From Candidatus Hadarchaeota archaeon (GTDB lineage: Archaea > Hadarchaeota > Hadarchaeia > Hadarchaeales > JAWBSP01), in assembly GCA_964474885.1 (NCBI GenBank), contig CAYYWO010000009.1, forward strand, positions 1 through 43,615: DNA of 43,615 nt. The letters run 5' to 3'. Positions 15,825 through 26,238 of the stretch are shown piece after piece. The position numbers and the translations under genes were made by a program. Under the pieces are notes generated by a model. It was not told the DNA's origin and did no database searches. It saw only the letters and a list, made by a program, of their open reading frames with translations. Numbering within the stretch: position 1 is the stretch's first letter; the number at the start of each line of letters is the position of its first letter.

Positions 15825-17105
15825 ATGTACCTCAGGAGGAGGCGCCCCTTGGTGACCTACGGGCTCATCTTGGCGAACATCTTCGTTTATCTGATCACCT
15901 CGCTGGAGAAGGGTTTTCTCGAGACCGCAGACAGGTGGATCGATGCCCTAGCCTACATCCCGAGCCTTCTGAAGTATTCGCATCACTGGTACAGGATCAT
16001 CACCTGCACCTTTGTGCACGCGGACATTTTCCACATTTTCTTTAACATGTACTTCCTGTACGTTTTCGGGAGGGGGGTAGAACTCCGGCTGGGTAGGGGT
16101 AGATACTTGCTCCTTTACATGCTCTCGGGCCTGCTGGCTACCTGCTTCCACACTGCCTTCACCCCTCTCACGGGATCCGTCGGGCTCGTCATACCCACCG
16201 TGGGTGCCTCTGGTGCGATAAGCGGGGTTCTGGGGGCGCACATGCTGATGTTCCCCACGGAGAGGCTGACGGCTTGGTTCTTCATCCCCTTCCCGATAAG
16301 AGTTGTAACTTCCTCCGCCTACTTCCTGCTCTTCTGGTTCGCGACCCAAGTCCTTTATGGCTACGGGAGGTTCGAGTCCGGAGTTGCCTTCTTCGCGCAT
16401 GCAGGGGGTTTCATAGGGGGAATCATCGGGACGTGGCTCCTCCTGAAGCGGATGAGGCTCCCGCTACATGCCCGCGGTTTGGGTAAGCTGGCCAAGGGCA
16501 TTCTGACCTGCCTCATGTTGCTGCTCTTCTTCGGAGCATACGCATGCTACAAGGAGGCTCCCTCCCTCACGGGGGTTTACGTGTTCAACATAGAAACACT
16601 CCAAGGACAGGAGCGCAGTCAAGATCAGGCCGTCTACACGACCTACGAAAATGAGGCTCTCCCGCCTGCCAGAAGCGGGCCCAGAGTGGTCTTCAACAGG
16701 CTAAACTGGGCGGGGCTGCTCGTCAACGGGCCCGGCTATGCCTGCGACTGCCGGGAGAATACGTACGTCAGCCCACCCGGCATGCCCCAGCTGCAACTGA
16801 AGCTCGAGCTGAGTGGTTACCTGTCCTATGATCATGCAGGAATCTTGAGCTTCTTCAGGGGCAGCATGACTACCGATGTCCTTCTCACCGATCGGCTGGG
16901 GAGAGTAGTCGGCGTGGAGCCTGGGGTCAGGTATGACGTGAGCCTGAAGTCGGAGGAGGTAGCGGGAGACCTGGGAGAAAGGGCCCTCCGCCCCCTCTCC
17001 CTCGTCTGCCTGCTCAGCCTGGCCCTCGCGACATGGGTGGTCCTCGCACGGAGCCACCAGCTTGCCTTTCCGCCCATGGGCTACAGGCTCATCGTGCCCG
17101 CCTGA
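15825..17105 (+). CDS. Rhomboid intramembrane serine protease with C-terminal extension
   Basis: WYR..T..FVH...HI.FNM, GASGAISG (catalytic Ser), AHAGGF (His); about 190 extra residues with additional TM helices. Confidence 0.9.
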   Translation: MYLRRRRPLVTYGLILANIFVYLITSLEKGFLETADRWIDALAYIPSLLKYSHHWYRIITCTFVHADIFHIFFNMYFLYVFGRGVELRLGRGRYLLLYMLSGLLATCFHTAFTPLTGSVGLVIPTVGASGAISGVLGAHMLMFPTERLTAWFFIPFPIRVVTSSAYFLLFWFATQVLYGYGRFESGVAFFAHAGGFIGGIIGTWLLLKRMRLPLHARGLGKLAKGILTCLMLLLFFGAYACYKEAPSLTGVYVFNIETLQGQERSQDQAVYTTYENEALPPARSGPRVVFNRLNWAGLLVNGPGYACDCRENTYVSPPGMPQLQLKLELSGYLSYDHAGILSFFRGSMTTDVLLTDRLGRVVGVEPGVRYDVSLKSEEVAGDLGERALRPLSLVCLLSLALATWVVLARSHQLAFPPMGYRLIVPA

Positions 17106-17646
17106 GCACGTACCTCTGAACATATCTACCCAGCCAATCCACTCGATCCACTACACGTTCCCCCCGCTTCAGCGCCCTGAGGAAATCCTCAATCGCCTCC
17201 TCCAAATCCCTCCTTGTCAGGTCTATCTGATGGACTTTTCGCGGGTGCCTGCGGAGGGCTTCGACCCATATGATGTCCAGGGCCTCCGCCTCCAGGTTCT
17301 CCCTGATCTTCTCTCCGCTGTAACCCCGTGCCCTCAGCCTCCGCTCGAGCCGGGTAGGATCCAGCCTGAGTACCACCACTGCATCCAGCAGCCTGTCCGG
17401 AAGGTAGTGGGAGAGGTGCCCGTCCACCACCAGCCTACCCCTAGCCACCGAACGGAACCTGCGCCTAAGCCTGCTCAGGTCCACTTCAAAGCTCCCGTCC
17501 TCTGCCTCCCTACCGAGCCCGAGCCGCCTGGCCCACTCGCTCAGGTCCAGCATCTCCGCACCCAGTTTCCGGGCCAGCTTCCGGGCAAAAGTCGTCTTCC
17601 CGGTCCCGGGCGTACCGGTTACCGCTATGATCAGATTTTTTCGCAC
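17089..17646 (-). CDS. AK6/Fap7-like adenylate kinase/ATPase
   Basis: [35 protein letters not shown]. Confidence 0.9.
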   Translation of the reverse strand: MRKNLIIAVTGTPGTGKTTFARKLARKLGAEMLDLSEWARRLGLGREAEDGSFEVDLSRLRRRFRSVARGRLVVDGHLSHYLPDRLLDAVVVLRLDPTRLERRLRARGYSGEKIRENLEAEALDIIWVEALRRHPRKVHQIDLTRRDLEEAIEDFLRALKRGERVVDRVDWLGRYVQRYVLRRAR

Positions 17647-18632
17647 CTCAGATCGATCGTGTCCCAGATCCCAGGTCCTGTGGATATGAGGGTGACGGGC
17701 ACCCCCAGCTCCCGCTCGACCTCCCTGATGAATTTCCTGGCGGGCTGGGGCAGATCCCCGTACCTCCTCACAGGTCCAGTTTTGAAAAGCCTGTCCAGGC
17801 AGGTTATGGCCAGCTGGGTGGCCCCGTTTATCATGCAGGCTTTCCTCGCCAGCTCGAAATCGAACCTCCCAACCCTTCTCCTCCTCCCCGTTACCGTCCC
17901 GTGCTCGACTATCCCGGCCTTCTCGGCCTCTTCCTGGGACATCTCAGTCGGAAAAGGCCCATTTCCAACTCTCGTCGGGTAGGCCTTGAAGACTAGGAGG
18001 ACCTCATCCACCTCCGTGGGTCCCAGACCCACATCCGCCGCAAGGGAGCTGGCGGTCACGTCCTTGCTCGTTACGTATGGATATGTCCCGTAGAGGAGGG
18101 AAAGGCCGAAGCCTTGGGAGCCCTCAACCAGGATGTCCCCACCTTCTCCCATGATCTCGTGCAGCTCCGAGGGGACGTCTGCTAAGTAGGGCTGCAGCTC
18201 CTGGACCTGAGAAGCCAGCTTTGCCTGCCTCCTCACCCTCGCCACGTTCGCGGGGCCGCAGCCCGTCCCCGTGGTCCCTATCCTCCCACCCTCTCTCTTG
18301 TCCTCCTCTATGTGTGGGGGCTCGATCACCGCACACCTCCCATCAACGCCAAGCCTATCCCCACAGCCGGTTTCCTGGATCTCCCTCAGCAGAACTGGCG
18401 GGTCCACCAGCACGCCCGCGCCTATGAACAGCTTGCAGTTCGGATTCACAAAACCCGACGGCACTTGCCTTAGCCCGTATCTCTTGCCCTGAAACAGAAC
18501 GGTGTGCCCGGCATTCGGCCCGACCCCTGCCCTGGCAATGGCGCTCGGATTGTCCTTCAGTGCGAGATAAGCAACAATTTTACCTTTCCCCTCATCCCCC
18601 CACTGACCCCCCGCAACTATGGTGACAACCAT
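17631..18632 (-). CDS. purA: Adenylosuccinate synthetase (short archaeal type)
   Basis: [54 protein letters not shown]. Confidence 0.97.
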   Translation of the reverse strand: MVVTIVAGGQWGDEGKGKIVAYLALKDNPSAIARAGVGPNAGHTVLFQGKRYGLRQVPSGFVNPNCKLFIGAGVLVDPPVLLREIQETGCGDRLGVDGRCAVIEPPHIEEDKREGGRIGTTGTGCGPANVARVRRQAKLASQVQELQPYLADVPSELHEIMGEGGDILVEGSQGFGLSLLYGTYPYVTSKDVTASSLAADVGLGPTEVDEVLLVFKAYPTRVGNGPFPTEMSQEEAEKAGIVEHGTVTGRRRRVGRFDFELARKACMINGATQLAITCLDRLFKTGPVRRYGDLPQPARKFIREVERELGVPVTLISTGPGIWDTIDLRCEKI

Positions 18633-18665
18633 GTCAACATTTTTTGGGAACTAATTAAGTTTTTG

Positions 18666-19943
18666 ATGGTTTTGGATTTGACGGTTATCGCTACCGTTGG
18701 AGGGGAGGGTACAAGATTATACCCCCTCACCCTCGATCGACCGAAGTGCTTAGTCAATCTGGCCGGCAGGGCCATCATCGCCCGGGCTTTTGAATCCCTA
18801 GCTAGGCAGGGATGCAGGGAATTCATAATAGCCGCCAAGGGGGCTGAAATAAGCAACAGGCTGAAGGACTACTTCAAGGACGGTGCCGGCTTCTCCGCTA
18901 GGCTCAGGCTGGATCCTCCGGCCACTTTCCGCTACCAGAATAACTATTCCGACATGGGGAGTGCGGACTCGCTCAGACATAACCTCGAGAGGTACGACAT
19001 AGGCAGGGACGTCCTCGTGATAGCTGGGGACAGCGTTTTCGAACTCCCCCTCCGTGAAATGCTCCAAGTACACAGAGAGACAGGTGCTGTGGCCACCATA
19101 GGATTGAAGCGCGTGGAGGGGAACCTGTCACCTTTCGGTGTGGCTGAGATCGATGAGCGAATGAGAATCAAGAGGTTCGTAGAAAAGCCCAAACCAGGTG
19201 AGGCCCCTTCGAACTACGTCAACACTGCGATCTACCTCTTCTCCCCTGAGATCAAGGAGATCCTGCGCAGGATGGGGGACGAAGCGAGAGATATAGGCGG
19301 TAACCTGATCCCCTACCTGACCAGGCACGGGTACCCGGTCCAAGGATTTGAGATCCCGGGATTCTGGTGCGATGTCGGTACCCCTGCCAGCTACATGTAC
19401 ACTATACAGGCAGTCCTGCACGGGCAGACCACTTCCTTCTCCTTGGGTGAGCCCGTCGCGGATGGGATCTGGGTGCACCCCAGCACCTGGGAAATCATAA
19501 GGAGGAAGGTGGAAAGTGGGAGAGTCGTGCTAAAGCCGCCCGTTAAAATCGGGGCGGACTGCAGGATAGGGGAAAACGTCACCATCGAAAGCTCTTTCAT
19601 CGGGGACTGCGTGGAGATCGACCACAACACCTACATAAAGGGCAGCATCATCCTAGACTTCGCCAACATCGGCAGAAGCTGCAGGCTGGTGGACTGCATT
19701 ATCGGGGAGTACTCGACCGTGGGGGAGGGCTCCGTGGTGGATCAGAATCTGCCTGTCGAATTCACGGGAGGGACACCTGACAACGTCCCGACTGTGGGCA
19801 ATGATGTCTCCCTCTACCCGCGCTCTGTGATTGGGCCTAAGAAGCGTGTCTGCAAGCTCAAGGACTCGATGAAGGTACTGGCGACGGGGCGCTTCAAGGA
19901 GTTAGGATACGACGCCAGGAACTTCTACTTCATCGAGATCTGA
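18666..19943 (+). CDS. NDP-sugar pyrophosphorylase with C-terminal left-handed beta-helix
   Basis: GGEGTRLYPLT..RPK, AGD, FGVAEID, FVEKP, WCDVGTP, hexapeptide repeats; start MVLDL. Confidence 0.88.
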   Translation: MVLDLTVIATVGGEGTRLYPLTLDRPKCLVNLAGRAIIARAFESLARQGCREFIIAAKGAEISNRLKDYFKDGAGFSARLRLDPPATFRYQNNYSDMGSADSLRHNLERYDIGRDVLVIAGDSVFELPLREMLQVHRETGAVATIGLKRVEGNLSPFGVAEIDERMRIKRFVEKPKPGEAPSNYVNTAIYLFSPEIKEILRRMGDEARDIGGNLIPYLTRHGYPVQGFEIPGFWCDVGTPASYMYTIQAVLHGQTTSFSLGEPVADGIWVHPSTWEIIRRKVESGRVVLKPPVKIGADCRIGENVTIESSFIGDCVEIDHNTYIKGSIILDFANIGRSCRLVDCIIGEYSTVGEGSVVDQNLPVEFTGGTPDNVPTVGNDVSLYPRSVIGPKKRVCKLKDSMKVLATGRFKELGYDARNFYFIEI

Positions 19944-19971
19944 AGAGATGAGGTCAGGTTCGTAGATTTGG

Positions 19972-21144
19972 GTGAAAGTCTGCTCGGCTCCCGGGAGGGC
20001 GGACTTCCTTAACACCCACCAGGACTACAAGGGACTGCCCGTGGTCCCGGTTGCCATCGATCTCCGGACCCGCTGCTGGGGGAGGCGCCTGGCAGGCAGG
20101 TTCAGGATAAAGTCCCTCAACCTGGAGGAGCTAGGGGAGCCCTGCGTGGACGAGTTCGAGGTGAGAGTGAACCAAATGGAGCCGGGGTGGTTCGGAAACT
20201 ACTTCAGGGGGATCGTGAACGTGCTGCTCAAGCACGGGTACAAAATAGACGGGATGGAGGTGACCGTCCGGAGCGAGGTCCCCGTGGGCTCGGGCCTCTC
20301 CAGCTCCGCCGCCCTGGAGGTCTCCTTCCTGAAGCTGCTGGATGCAACCTACGGGCTGGGGTTAAGTAAGAGGGAGCTGGCCGAGCTTGCCTTCGAGGCA
20401 GAGAACAGGGAGGTAGGGGTGCCCTGCGGCAGGCTGGACCAGTACGGGTGCACCTTCGGGGGCATGATAAAGCTGGAGTGCAGGCCCCCCTACAGGGTGG
20501 AGGAGTTGCCCGCCCAGGGCCTGATCTTCGCCATCATAGACTCGGGAATAAGGCACTCCACGGCCGACATACACCCCATCAGGCAGCGCGAGCTGAACGA
20601 GGGGCTGAAGGCGCTGTCCGAGACCCCGCTGGGAAGGAAGCTCGGGGGGCTCACCTTCGACCAGGCGAGATGGGAGCTGCTCACCGAGGCTGAGCTGAGG
20701 CCCTACCTGGACTCCCTGCCCGAAAAGCCCGCCAAGCGCCTGCTCTTCACGGTGCTTCAGCAGCTCTCCACCGAGCTGGCGCTCAAGGTGCTAAGAGAGC
20801 AGGCTAGGGAGGGTGAGGTCAAGGAGCTGCTCGGGTGCTCGGGCTCCAAGCTAGAGGTGCTTGGGAGGATCATGAACCTGCAGCACGAGTACCTGAGGGA
20901 CCTGTACGAGGTGAGTCTGCCGGAGCTCGAGCAGCTAAGGGAGGCCTGCCTGAGGGCCGGGGCGCTTGGAGTAAAGATCTCGGGTGCGGGCATGGGAGGC
21001 AGCCTCATCGCCCTGGTCCCAGACAGGCGGACAGGGGAAAGAGTGGTCAGGGAGGCGGTGGAGAGCGGGGCCAGGGCTGGATGGGTGTCCGAGGTGGCGG
21101 AGGGCGTGAGGGAGGAGAGGCGAGAACGAAGCGTTAACAGATAA
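19972..21144 (+). CDS. GHMP sugar-1-kinase (galactokinase family, variant substrate motif)
   Basis: APGRADFLNTHQDY, PVGSGLSSSAA, CGRLDQ, KISGAGMGG. Confidence 0.88.
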   Translation: MKVCSAPGRADFLNTHQDYKGLPVVPVAIDLRTRCWGRRLAGRFRIKSLNLEELGEPCVDEFEVRVNQMEPGWFGNYFRGIVNVLLKHGYKIDGMEVTVRSEVPVGSGLSSSAALEVSFLKLLDATYGLGLSKRELAELAFEAENREVGVPCGRLDQYGCTFGGMIKLECRPPYRVEELPAQGLIFAIIDSGIRHSTADIHPIRQRELNEGLKALSETPLGRKLGGLTFDQARWELLTEAELRPYLDSLPEKPAKRLLFTVLQQLSTELALKVLREQAREGEVKELLGCSGSKLEVLGRIMNLQHEYLRDLYEVSLPELEQLREACLRAGALGVKISGAGMGGSLIALVPDRRTGERVVREAVESGARAGWVSEVAEGVREERRERSVNR

Positions 21145-21427
21145 ACAGTTCGCGAAAAGTGTTTATAACAGATAAACACTTCCTGCAAAGTGTTTGTAAC
21201 ACACAAACAGTTCCTGTGTCTGTCTGTTACTATGGTAACAGACACCTCCTCTGCAGCTTAGAAGCAACATCCACGAACCAGCCAATCTGTCTGTTACCAT
21301 GGTAACAGACAACATATCTGGAACGGAGATGATTCTCCTTTCGAAGCTTGGTTTTTGTTTCCCATTTTAGGAAACAAAACACACACATTCCATGAACCGC
21401 ACGCCTCCTGTACCATGGTAACGGACA
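21129..21427. repeat. Cluster of palindromic motifs: B x3 (31-bp phased), A x2 plus one partial, C x1
   Basis: B: 21129-21150, 21157-21181 AAGTGTTTAT-AACAG-ATAAACACTT, 21188-21212. A: 21221-21244, 21288-21311 TGTCTGTTACCATGGTAACAGACA, partial 21411-21427. C: 21353-21379 TTTTGTTTCCCA-TTT-TAGGAAACAAAA. Confidence 0.9.
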
Positions 21428-21443
21428 ACGCCCGCTGTGCCAC

Positions 21444-22859
21444 GTGCACCCCGTTAGATATGTTGGGTCTCGTAAAAAGGAGATGGAGCTGCTGGAGGAG
21501 ATCCTGAGGCGCATCAAGCCCAGCCCCCAGGAGGAGGAAGAGCTGGGGAGGGTGTCCGCCCTCCTGCTCGAGCGCACGCGCAGGGCGTGCGAGGAGGAGG
21601 GGGTGGGGAAGCCCATGCTTGTGGGCTCGGCAGCCAGGGGTACATGGCTAAGGGGGGAGAAGGACATAGACGTCTTCGTGCTCTTCCCCGAGCGGATGCC
21701 CAGGCGGGAGCTGGAGGAGGTGGGGCTGAGGATAGGGAGGAAGGTGAGCGAGGGGAGGGGTGTGGAGCGGTACGCGGAGCACCCCTTCGTGAGCTTCGAG
21801 TTCCAGGGCTTCCAGGTGGATTTAGTCCCCTGCTACGACGTCCCGGACCCCAGCAGGATAAAGAGCGCGGTGGACAGGTCCCCCCACCACCAGAGGTACG
21901 TGTCAAGCAGGCTGACGCCCGGGCTCAGGGATCAGGTGCTGCTGCTCAAGCAGTTCATGAAGGGGATAGGGGTCTACGGGGCTGAGCTGAAGGTGCACGG
22001 CTTCTCGGGCTACCTGTGCGAGCTCCTGGTCCTGCACTTCGGCTCCTTCCTGGAAGTGCTGCGCGCAGCCTCCAGCTGGAAGCCGGGGGAGGTGATCGAC
22101 CCGCTGGGCAGGTACCCGGATCCCGGCATCCCCCGCAGGCTGTTCGAGGGGGAGCCCCTCATCTTCATAGACCCCGTGGACCCTGGCAGGAACGTGGCAG
22201 CCTCCGTCTCCCTGCAAAGCCTGGCCGTCTTCGTCAGGGCCTGCCAGGACTTCCTCAGGGAGCCCAGCCAGCTCTACTTCTTCCCCAGGCCCGTCAGGCC
22301 GCTCACGGATGAGGAGATAGAGGAGCTGGTGAGGGCCAGGGGGACCAGGCTGCTCTTCCTGCTCTTCGAGCTCCCGGACGTGGTCCCTGACGTCCTCTAC
22401 CCCCAGCTCAGGAAGGCGGAGAGGGCGTTCGTCAGCGCCCTGGGGCAGGCCGGGCACAGGGTGGTGAGGAGCGAGGTCCTGGGGGAGGGGACGGGGCTCA
22501 TCCTGCTGGAGGTCCTGCCTTGCGAGGACAAGATGGAGGTGAGGGAGGGGCCGCCCCTGGGCGTGGATGCTCACAACTTCATCCGGGCTTACCTGCGGTC
22601 CCCCGCCAAGCTGGCAGGTCCCTTCATAGACGGGCAGGGGAGGGTGCTCTACGAGCTGAGGGCCAGGCGCGCGTCCCCGGAGGAGGTGGTGAGGAGGGTT
22701 GCGGGGGAGCCGCACCTGCTGGGGAAGCACGTGGGGGAGAGCATCTCCAGGGGCTACAGGCTTGCGACGGAAAAAGAGCTGAGGGAGGTCCTGAGGCTTG
22801 AGGGGGTCAGGGAGTTCCTCTCCGAGTACCTGACGCGCTGCCTGCCCTGGTACAGGTGA
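21444..22859 (+). CDS. cca: CCA-adding enzyme (archaeal class I)
   Basis: LVGSAARGTWL.G..DIDVF, YAEHPF, VDLVPCY, SAVDRSP.H, GFSGYLCELL, DPVDP.RNVAA; true start may be the ATG of MELLEE about 39 nt downstream. Confidence 0.95.
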   Translation: MHPVRYVGSRKKEMELLEEILRRIKPSPQEEEELGRVSALLLERTRRACEEEGVGKPMLVGSAARGTWLRGEKDIDVFVLFPERMPRRELEEVGLRIGRKVSEGRGVERYAEHPFVSFEFQGFQVDLVPCYDVPDPSRIKSAVDRSPHHQRYVSSRLTPGLRDQVLLLKQFMKGIGVYGAELKVHGFSGYLCELLVLHFGSFLEVLRAASSWKPGEVIDPLGRYPDPGIPRRLFEGEPLIFIDPVDPGRNVAASVSLQSLAVFVRACQDFLREPSQLYFFPRPVRPLTDEEIEELVRARGTRLLFLLFELPDVVPDVLYPQLRKAERAFVSALGQAGHRVVRSEVLGEGTGLILLEVLPCEDKMEVREGPPLGVDAHNFIRAYLRSPAKLAGPFIDGQGRVLYELRARRASPEEVVRRVAGEPHLLGKHVGESISRGYRLATEKELREVLRLEGVREFLSEYLTRCLPWYR

Positions 22860-22886
22860 AAAAGGCAAAAGGGAATTTTATTAGAT

Positions 22887-22988
22887 GCGGGGGTAGCCAA
22901 GCCAGGCTAACGGCGCCAGACTCAAGAGGCCCCCTGGGTTATCTGGTCCCGTAGGGGTTCGAGGGTTCAAATCCCTCCCCCCGCACCA
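22887..22988 (+). tRNA. tRNA-Leu(CAA) with 14-nt canonical intron (22927-22940) and encoded CCA
   Basis: GCGGGGG/CCCCCGC acceptor, CCAGA-CT-CAA-G^...^A-TCTGG, long variable arm, GGTTCAAATCC T-arm; BHB formed by CUCA pairing with intron UGGG. Confidence 0.95.
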
Positions 22989-23074
22989 TGGAGAAGTGTC
23001 TAGTTGCCCGCCCTGTTTGAGTGTTTCGACCCCAGCGGCGGGAAGCTAGAAGATTTTTGAATAGTTAAGTTCTG

Positions 23075-23471
23075 ATGGACTCTTCCTCCTTGAAGGGTCT
23101 TTCACATTGGTTCCCCCTCGCTGAGTTGGATGCAACATCCCTCCCTGAAAAATCAGAGGTTTACGTGATTCGGCTCCGAGGAGGGCTCTTCGGAAGGCTC
23201 AGAGGTAGGTCAGACATCATCTACATTAGGAAGTTCTGTGAATCTCCAGCGAAGAATTAGACAGTTCCAAAAACCGGGAAAGACGCAGCGAACGAACAAA
23301 CGTCTGAAAAAGTTACTGGAGAAGTACGGATCCAAACTGGAAATCAGCTATCGTTGTTGTGAGAAGGATCAGGCAAGAGAGCTTGAGGAAGATTTATTGA
23401 AAAGGTATCTGAAGGATCACGAGGAGCTACCCCCGCTCAACCGGTCACTGCCAAGGGGGACTGAAAGTTAA
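23075..23471 (+). pseudogene. GIY-YIG nuclease family gene with a single frameshift
   Basis: EVYVIR...DIIYI; removing one base at about 23227 restores YIGSSVNLQRRI...ELEEDLL..Y...HEELPPLN. Confidence 0.7.
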
Positions 23472-23725
23472 TGTTTCGTTTCGAGGAACCGCCGAAGTCC
23501 AGAGCTGGCAACGCCGAGGTGCACATACCCGTAAAAACAGCTTGGAAAGCGATGGCTGCAGGGATGGCGGGAGAGTGGCTCGCACTTCACGGCATAATCA
23601 GCTACTTGAGTAGATTGCCCGGAGCTGAGAGATGCAGGTTTTACGTTGTATCGGGCAGGTCTTATTTCAGCAAAAGAGGAAGAATCACCGTCGACACCAC
23701 TTCAATGGAAGGACGCTATGGGTAG
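23471..23725 (+). CDS. Hypothetical protein (islet), possibly a remnant
   Basis: 84-aa ORF coupled to the upstream stop; no motif recognised. Confidence 0.3.
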   Translation: MFRFEEPPKSRAGNAEVHIPVKTAWKAMAAGMAGEWLALHGIISYLSRLPGAERCRFYVVSGRSYFSKRGRITVDTTSMEGRYG

Positions 23726-23777
23726 GCAGTGAAAACGTTGAATTCACTTCTCACCCCTCCACGAATGGCTTCAGAGA

Positions 23778-24427
23778 GTGATAAGTGAGAAAGAGAGGAG
23801 ACCTCTTTTAGTGTTAGCGAAATGCTTGAAGCTGGAGAAGGAAACACTTGGAGAATACCTGCAAAGAGGACGTAAATCGCTAATACGTCAATTTATGTCG
23901 ATTCATAGTAAGGATAGGGCCAGCCAGCGAGCTCTCGAACGTAGACGAATGGATGAAAGGAGAAAAGAACTCAGAGAGCTTTTGAATGAGTTATCTGATC
24001 TGGAACTCGCAAGACTAGCTTATGCCGTAGATAAGTACTTCAAACAGCGGCCGTGGGGAACTTGGGAATTTCTCAGCCTCCTACGACCTAGATCCTTGCT
24101 TCCGCATCAGATTTTGAGGGAAGCTCGTGCAGAAACGAGGAAATGGAGTTGTATCTGGATGCCCTGAAGCTCTTGCAACACTACACGCCTGACTTCATGA
24201 TAATTCAAAAGCCTGATTTCATGATAAACAAAAAAACCGAAGGGGTTCGCCCCAGACTCTGGTTTGTCGAGGTAAAAGCAGGCGGGTCGAAGCTAACAAA
24301 AACGCAGAAGAGGGTGAAGGAGGAATGCGGAAGTGGGATGATAGGCTTTATCACGGTTCACCTTCCGAAAATCATTCTCCCCTCCGAGATGAGGCTCGTG
24401 ATCAGTGGTGCATCACCATCGCTCTAA
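23778..24427 (+). pseudogene. Helical domain plus VRR-NUC/PD-(D/E)xK nuclease, split into two overlapping ORFs
   Basis: 24143-24427 has PDFMI...WFVEVKAGGSKLTKTQKR; overlaps 23778-24167 by 25 nt; internal duplication CCTGAYTTCATGATAA (PDFMI twice). Confidence 0.55.
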
Positions 24428-24479
24428 AGTCCCATTTTCAAAGTTTGAAAACATCTCCACCAGATCTCTTGTTGTTTTC

Positions 24480-24500
24480 TGTTTCCTGTTTTAGGAAACA
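24480..24500. repeat. Palindromic motif C copy
   Basis: TGTTTCCTG-TTT-TAGGAAACA. Confidence 0.8.
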
Positions 24501-24558
24501 ATCTCAGCAATTCGGTTTTTCTTCTAAATGCCCCATACTTGTCTAGATTATCTTTTCG

Positions 24559-25092
24559 ATGGTGCCCGAGGTTTGGGTGCTCAGGTTCTCGCACAGGGTG
24601 GAGAGGGACAAGAGGGTGACCGCCCACGTAGCCCTGACGTCCAGGGCCTTCGGCTGTAGAGGCATGTACTACTCGGGGGACGCGGATCCGGGCCTGCACC
24701 GGACGGTCCGGGAGGTGAACGAGAGGTGGGGAGGGGAGTTCCTCATCCAGCACGTCCCGGAGCCCCTGCAGCTCGTGAGGGAGTGGAAGCGGAAGGGGAA
24801 GGTGATCCACCTGACCATGTACGGCCTGCCCCTCCCCCAGGTCATAGACGAGATAAGAAGGGACGGCTTGCCCAAGCTCGTGGTTGTAGGGGGGGAGAAG
24901 GTGCCCGCCGAGTTCTTCCAGCTGGCTGACTGGAACGTCTCCATCACCTGCCAGCCCCACTCGGAGGTGGGAGCCCTGGCCGTCTTCCTGCACGAGCTGC
25001 TGGAGGGGAGGGAGTTCGGGCTGGAGTTCAAGGGTGCCAGGCTGAGGGTCGTGCCCCAGGCAAGGGGAAAGAGGGTTGAGGAAACTAGATGA
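24559..25092 (+). CDS. trm56: tRNA (cytidine(56)-2'-O)-methyltransferase aTrm56
   Basis: VLR.SHR.ERDKRVTAHVALTSRAFG, HLTMYG, VVGGEKVP, QPHSEV.ALAVFL. Confidence 0.95.
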   Translation: MVPEVWVLRFSHRVERDKRVTAHVALTSRAFGCRGMYYSGDADPGLHRTVREVNERWGGEFLIQHVPEPLQLVREWKRKGKVIHLTMYGLPLPQVIDEIRRDGLPKLVVVGGEKVPAEFFQLADWNVSITCQPHSEVGALAVFLHELLEGREFGLEFKGARLRVVPQARGKRVEETR

Positions 25093-25174
25093 GGTTTCCA
25101 AACTGATGCGAACAAATTTGGCTGGTGAACTTACGGACGAGACTCGATGTTTTCTTAAAACCGTGTGTCCCTTC

Positions 25175-25540
25175 TTAGAAGAAGTAAGCCGTTCCTTTTG
25201 GCCTTGTTTCTTCGAGTTTTCCAGAAATCGGGTTTACCCTTAAGCCAAGCGATTCCAGAGCCTGCACGCCAAGAACCTGCTGAGCCCCTTCAAAAGTTAA
25301 GGCTATAATTGGGCCCCATCTATCGCCGAGCTCTATAGTTAAAGCATAAGCATCTGCCTCGACCGACCTTCCATCGCCCAGTTTTAGAGGAAATTTTCCG
25401 GGAAGTTTGAGGGCCCCGATCGCTTCAAGTACCTCTCTGGATAACACGGTGTACGTGGCTCCGGTATCCACAATAAGTCCTTTCAAGTTGCGTCTGCCTT
25501 TGGTACCTATTACTGATACGTCGACGCTAACGTGACCCAT
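25175..25540 (-). CDS. Clan AA (retropepsin-like) aspartic protease
   Basis: LIVDTGATYT, LGDGR, LGVQALESLGL.VNP. Confidence 0.88.
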   Translation of the reverse strand: MGHVSVDVSVIGTKGRRNLKGLIVDTGATYTVLSREVLEAIGALKLPGKFPLKLGDGRSVEADAYALTIELGDRWGPIIALTFEGAQQVLGVQALESLGLRVNPISGKLEETRPKGTAYFF

Positions 25541-25887
25541 TTTAACCTATTTGGGCATCGTAAATCGGCCTTTCGATGCCAATTTTATCCGGTGTACCAG
25601 GTGAACAAGAAAGTTGGTGATCGTCTTAGTTAAGGGCATAGGTTCCCGGAGGATACCGGAGAGATACAAGATTCAATCATGAAGGAACTCAATGATAACT
25701 TTACCTAAGTCACTCAGAGGGTACTCCCAGGCCGATGGTTACAACGCTCGACCATATCGTCGTTAAGCGCACATCCGTCCCGAGGATTTATTGCTTTGCT
25801 GAGCGAATCAGACAGAATTGCCTAAAGATCTTACTCGCAAGTTCCCAAGCTTCTCCGCTTGTTAAAAGAATTGTACACCTCCAATTG

Positions 25888-26238
25888 ATGAAACAGAAGC
25901 CCACCATCGAGCAGTACGAGTTCGGGGAGGTGGTGATAGACGGGCGGACGTACACCTCGGACGTGATCGTCTTCCCCGACCGCGTCAGGGCAAACTGGTG
26001 GAGGAAGGAGGGGCACAGGCTGGACGTGGAGGACCTGGAGGAGGTTATCGAGTACAAGCCCGAGCTGCTCATCGTGGGGACGGGCTACTCGGGATGCATG
26101 CAGGTGCCTGAGGAGACCGTCCGGTACCTGCGGATGAAGGGCATAGAAGTGCGGGCCGCGCCCACCCGAGAGGCCGTCCAGCTGTTCAACAGGGTGAAGG
26201 ATAAGAAAGTGGTCGGCTGCTTCCACCTCACCTGCTAG
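25888..26238 (+). CDS. Mth938/DUF498-like domain protein
   Basis: FG...IDG..Y.SDV, WWRKEGH, LIVGTG..G, T.EA...FN, FHLTC terminus; start MKQKP. Confidence 0.9.
   Translation: MKQKPTIEQYEFGEVVIDGRTYTSDVIVFPDRVRANWWRKEGHRLDVEDLEEVIEYKPELLIVGTGYSGCMQVPEETVRYLRMKGIEVRAAPTREAVQLFNRVKDKKVVGCFHLTC

Noticed and set aside
21157-21181. Motif B as a Xer/dif site, or motif C as an ORB
   Set aside because: dif is usually single-copy with 11-6-11 geometry, whereas B is 10-5-10 and multi-copy; C lacks the ORB spacing and G-string, and there is no cdc6 in the window. Not formally excluded
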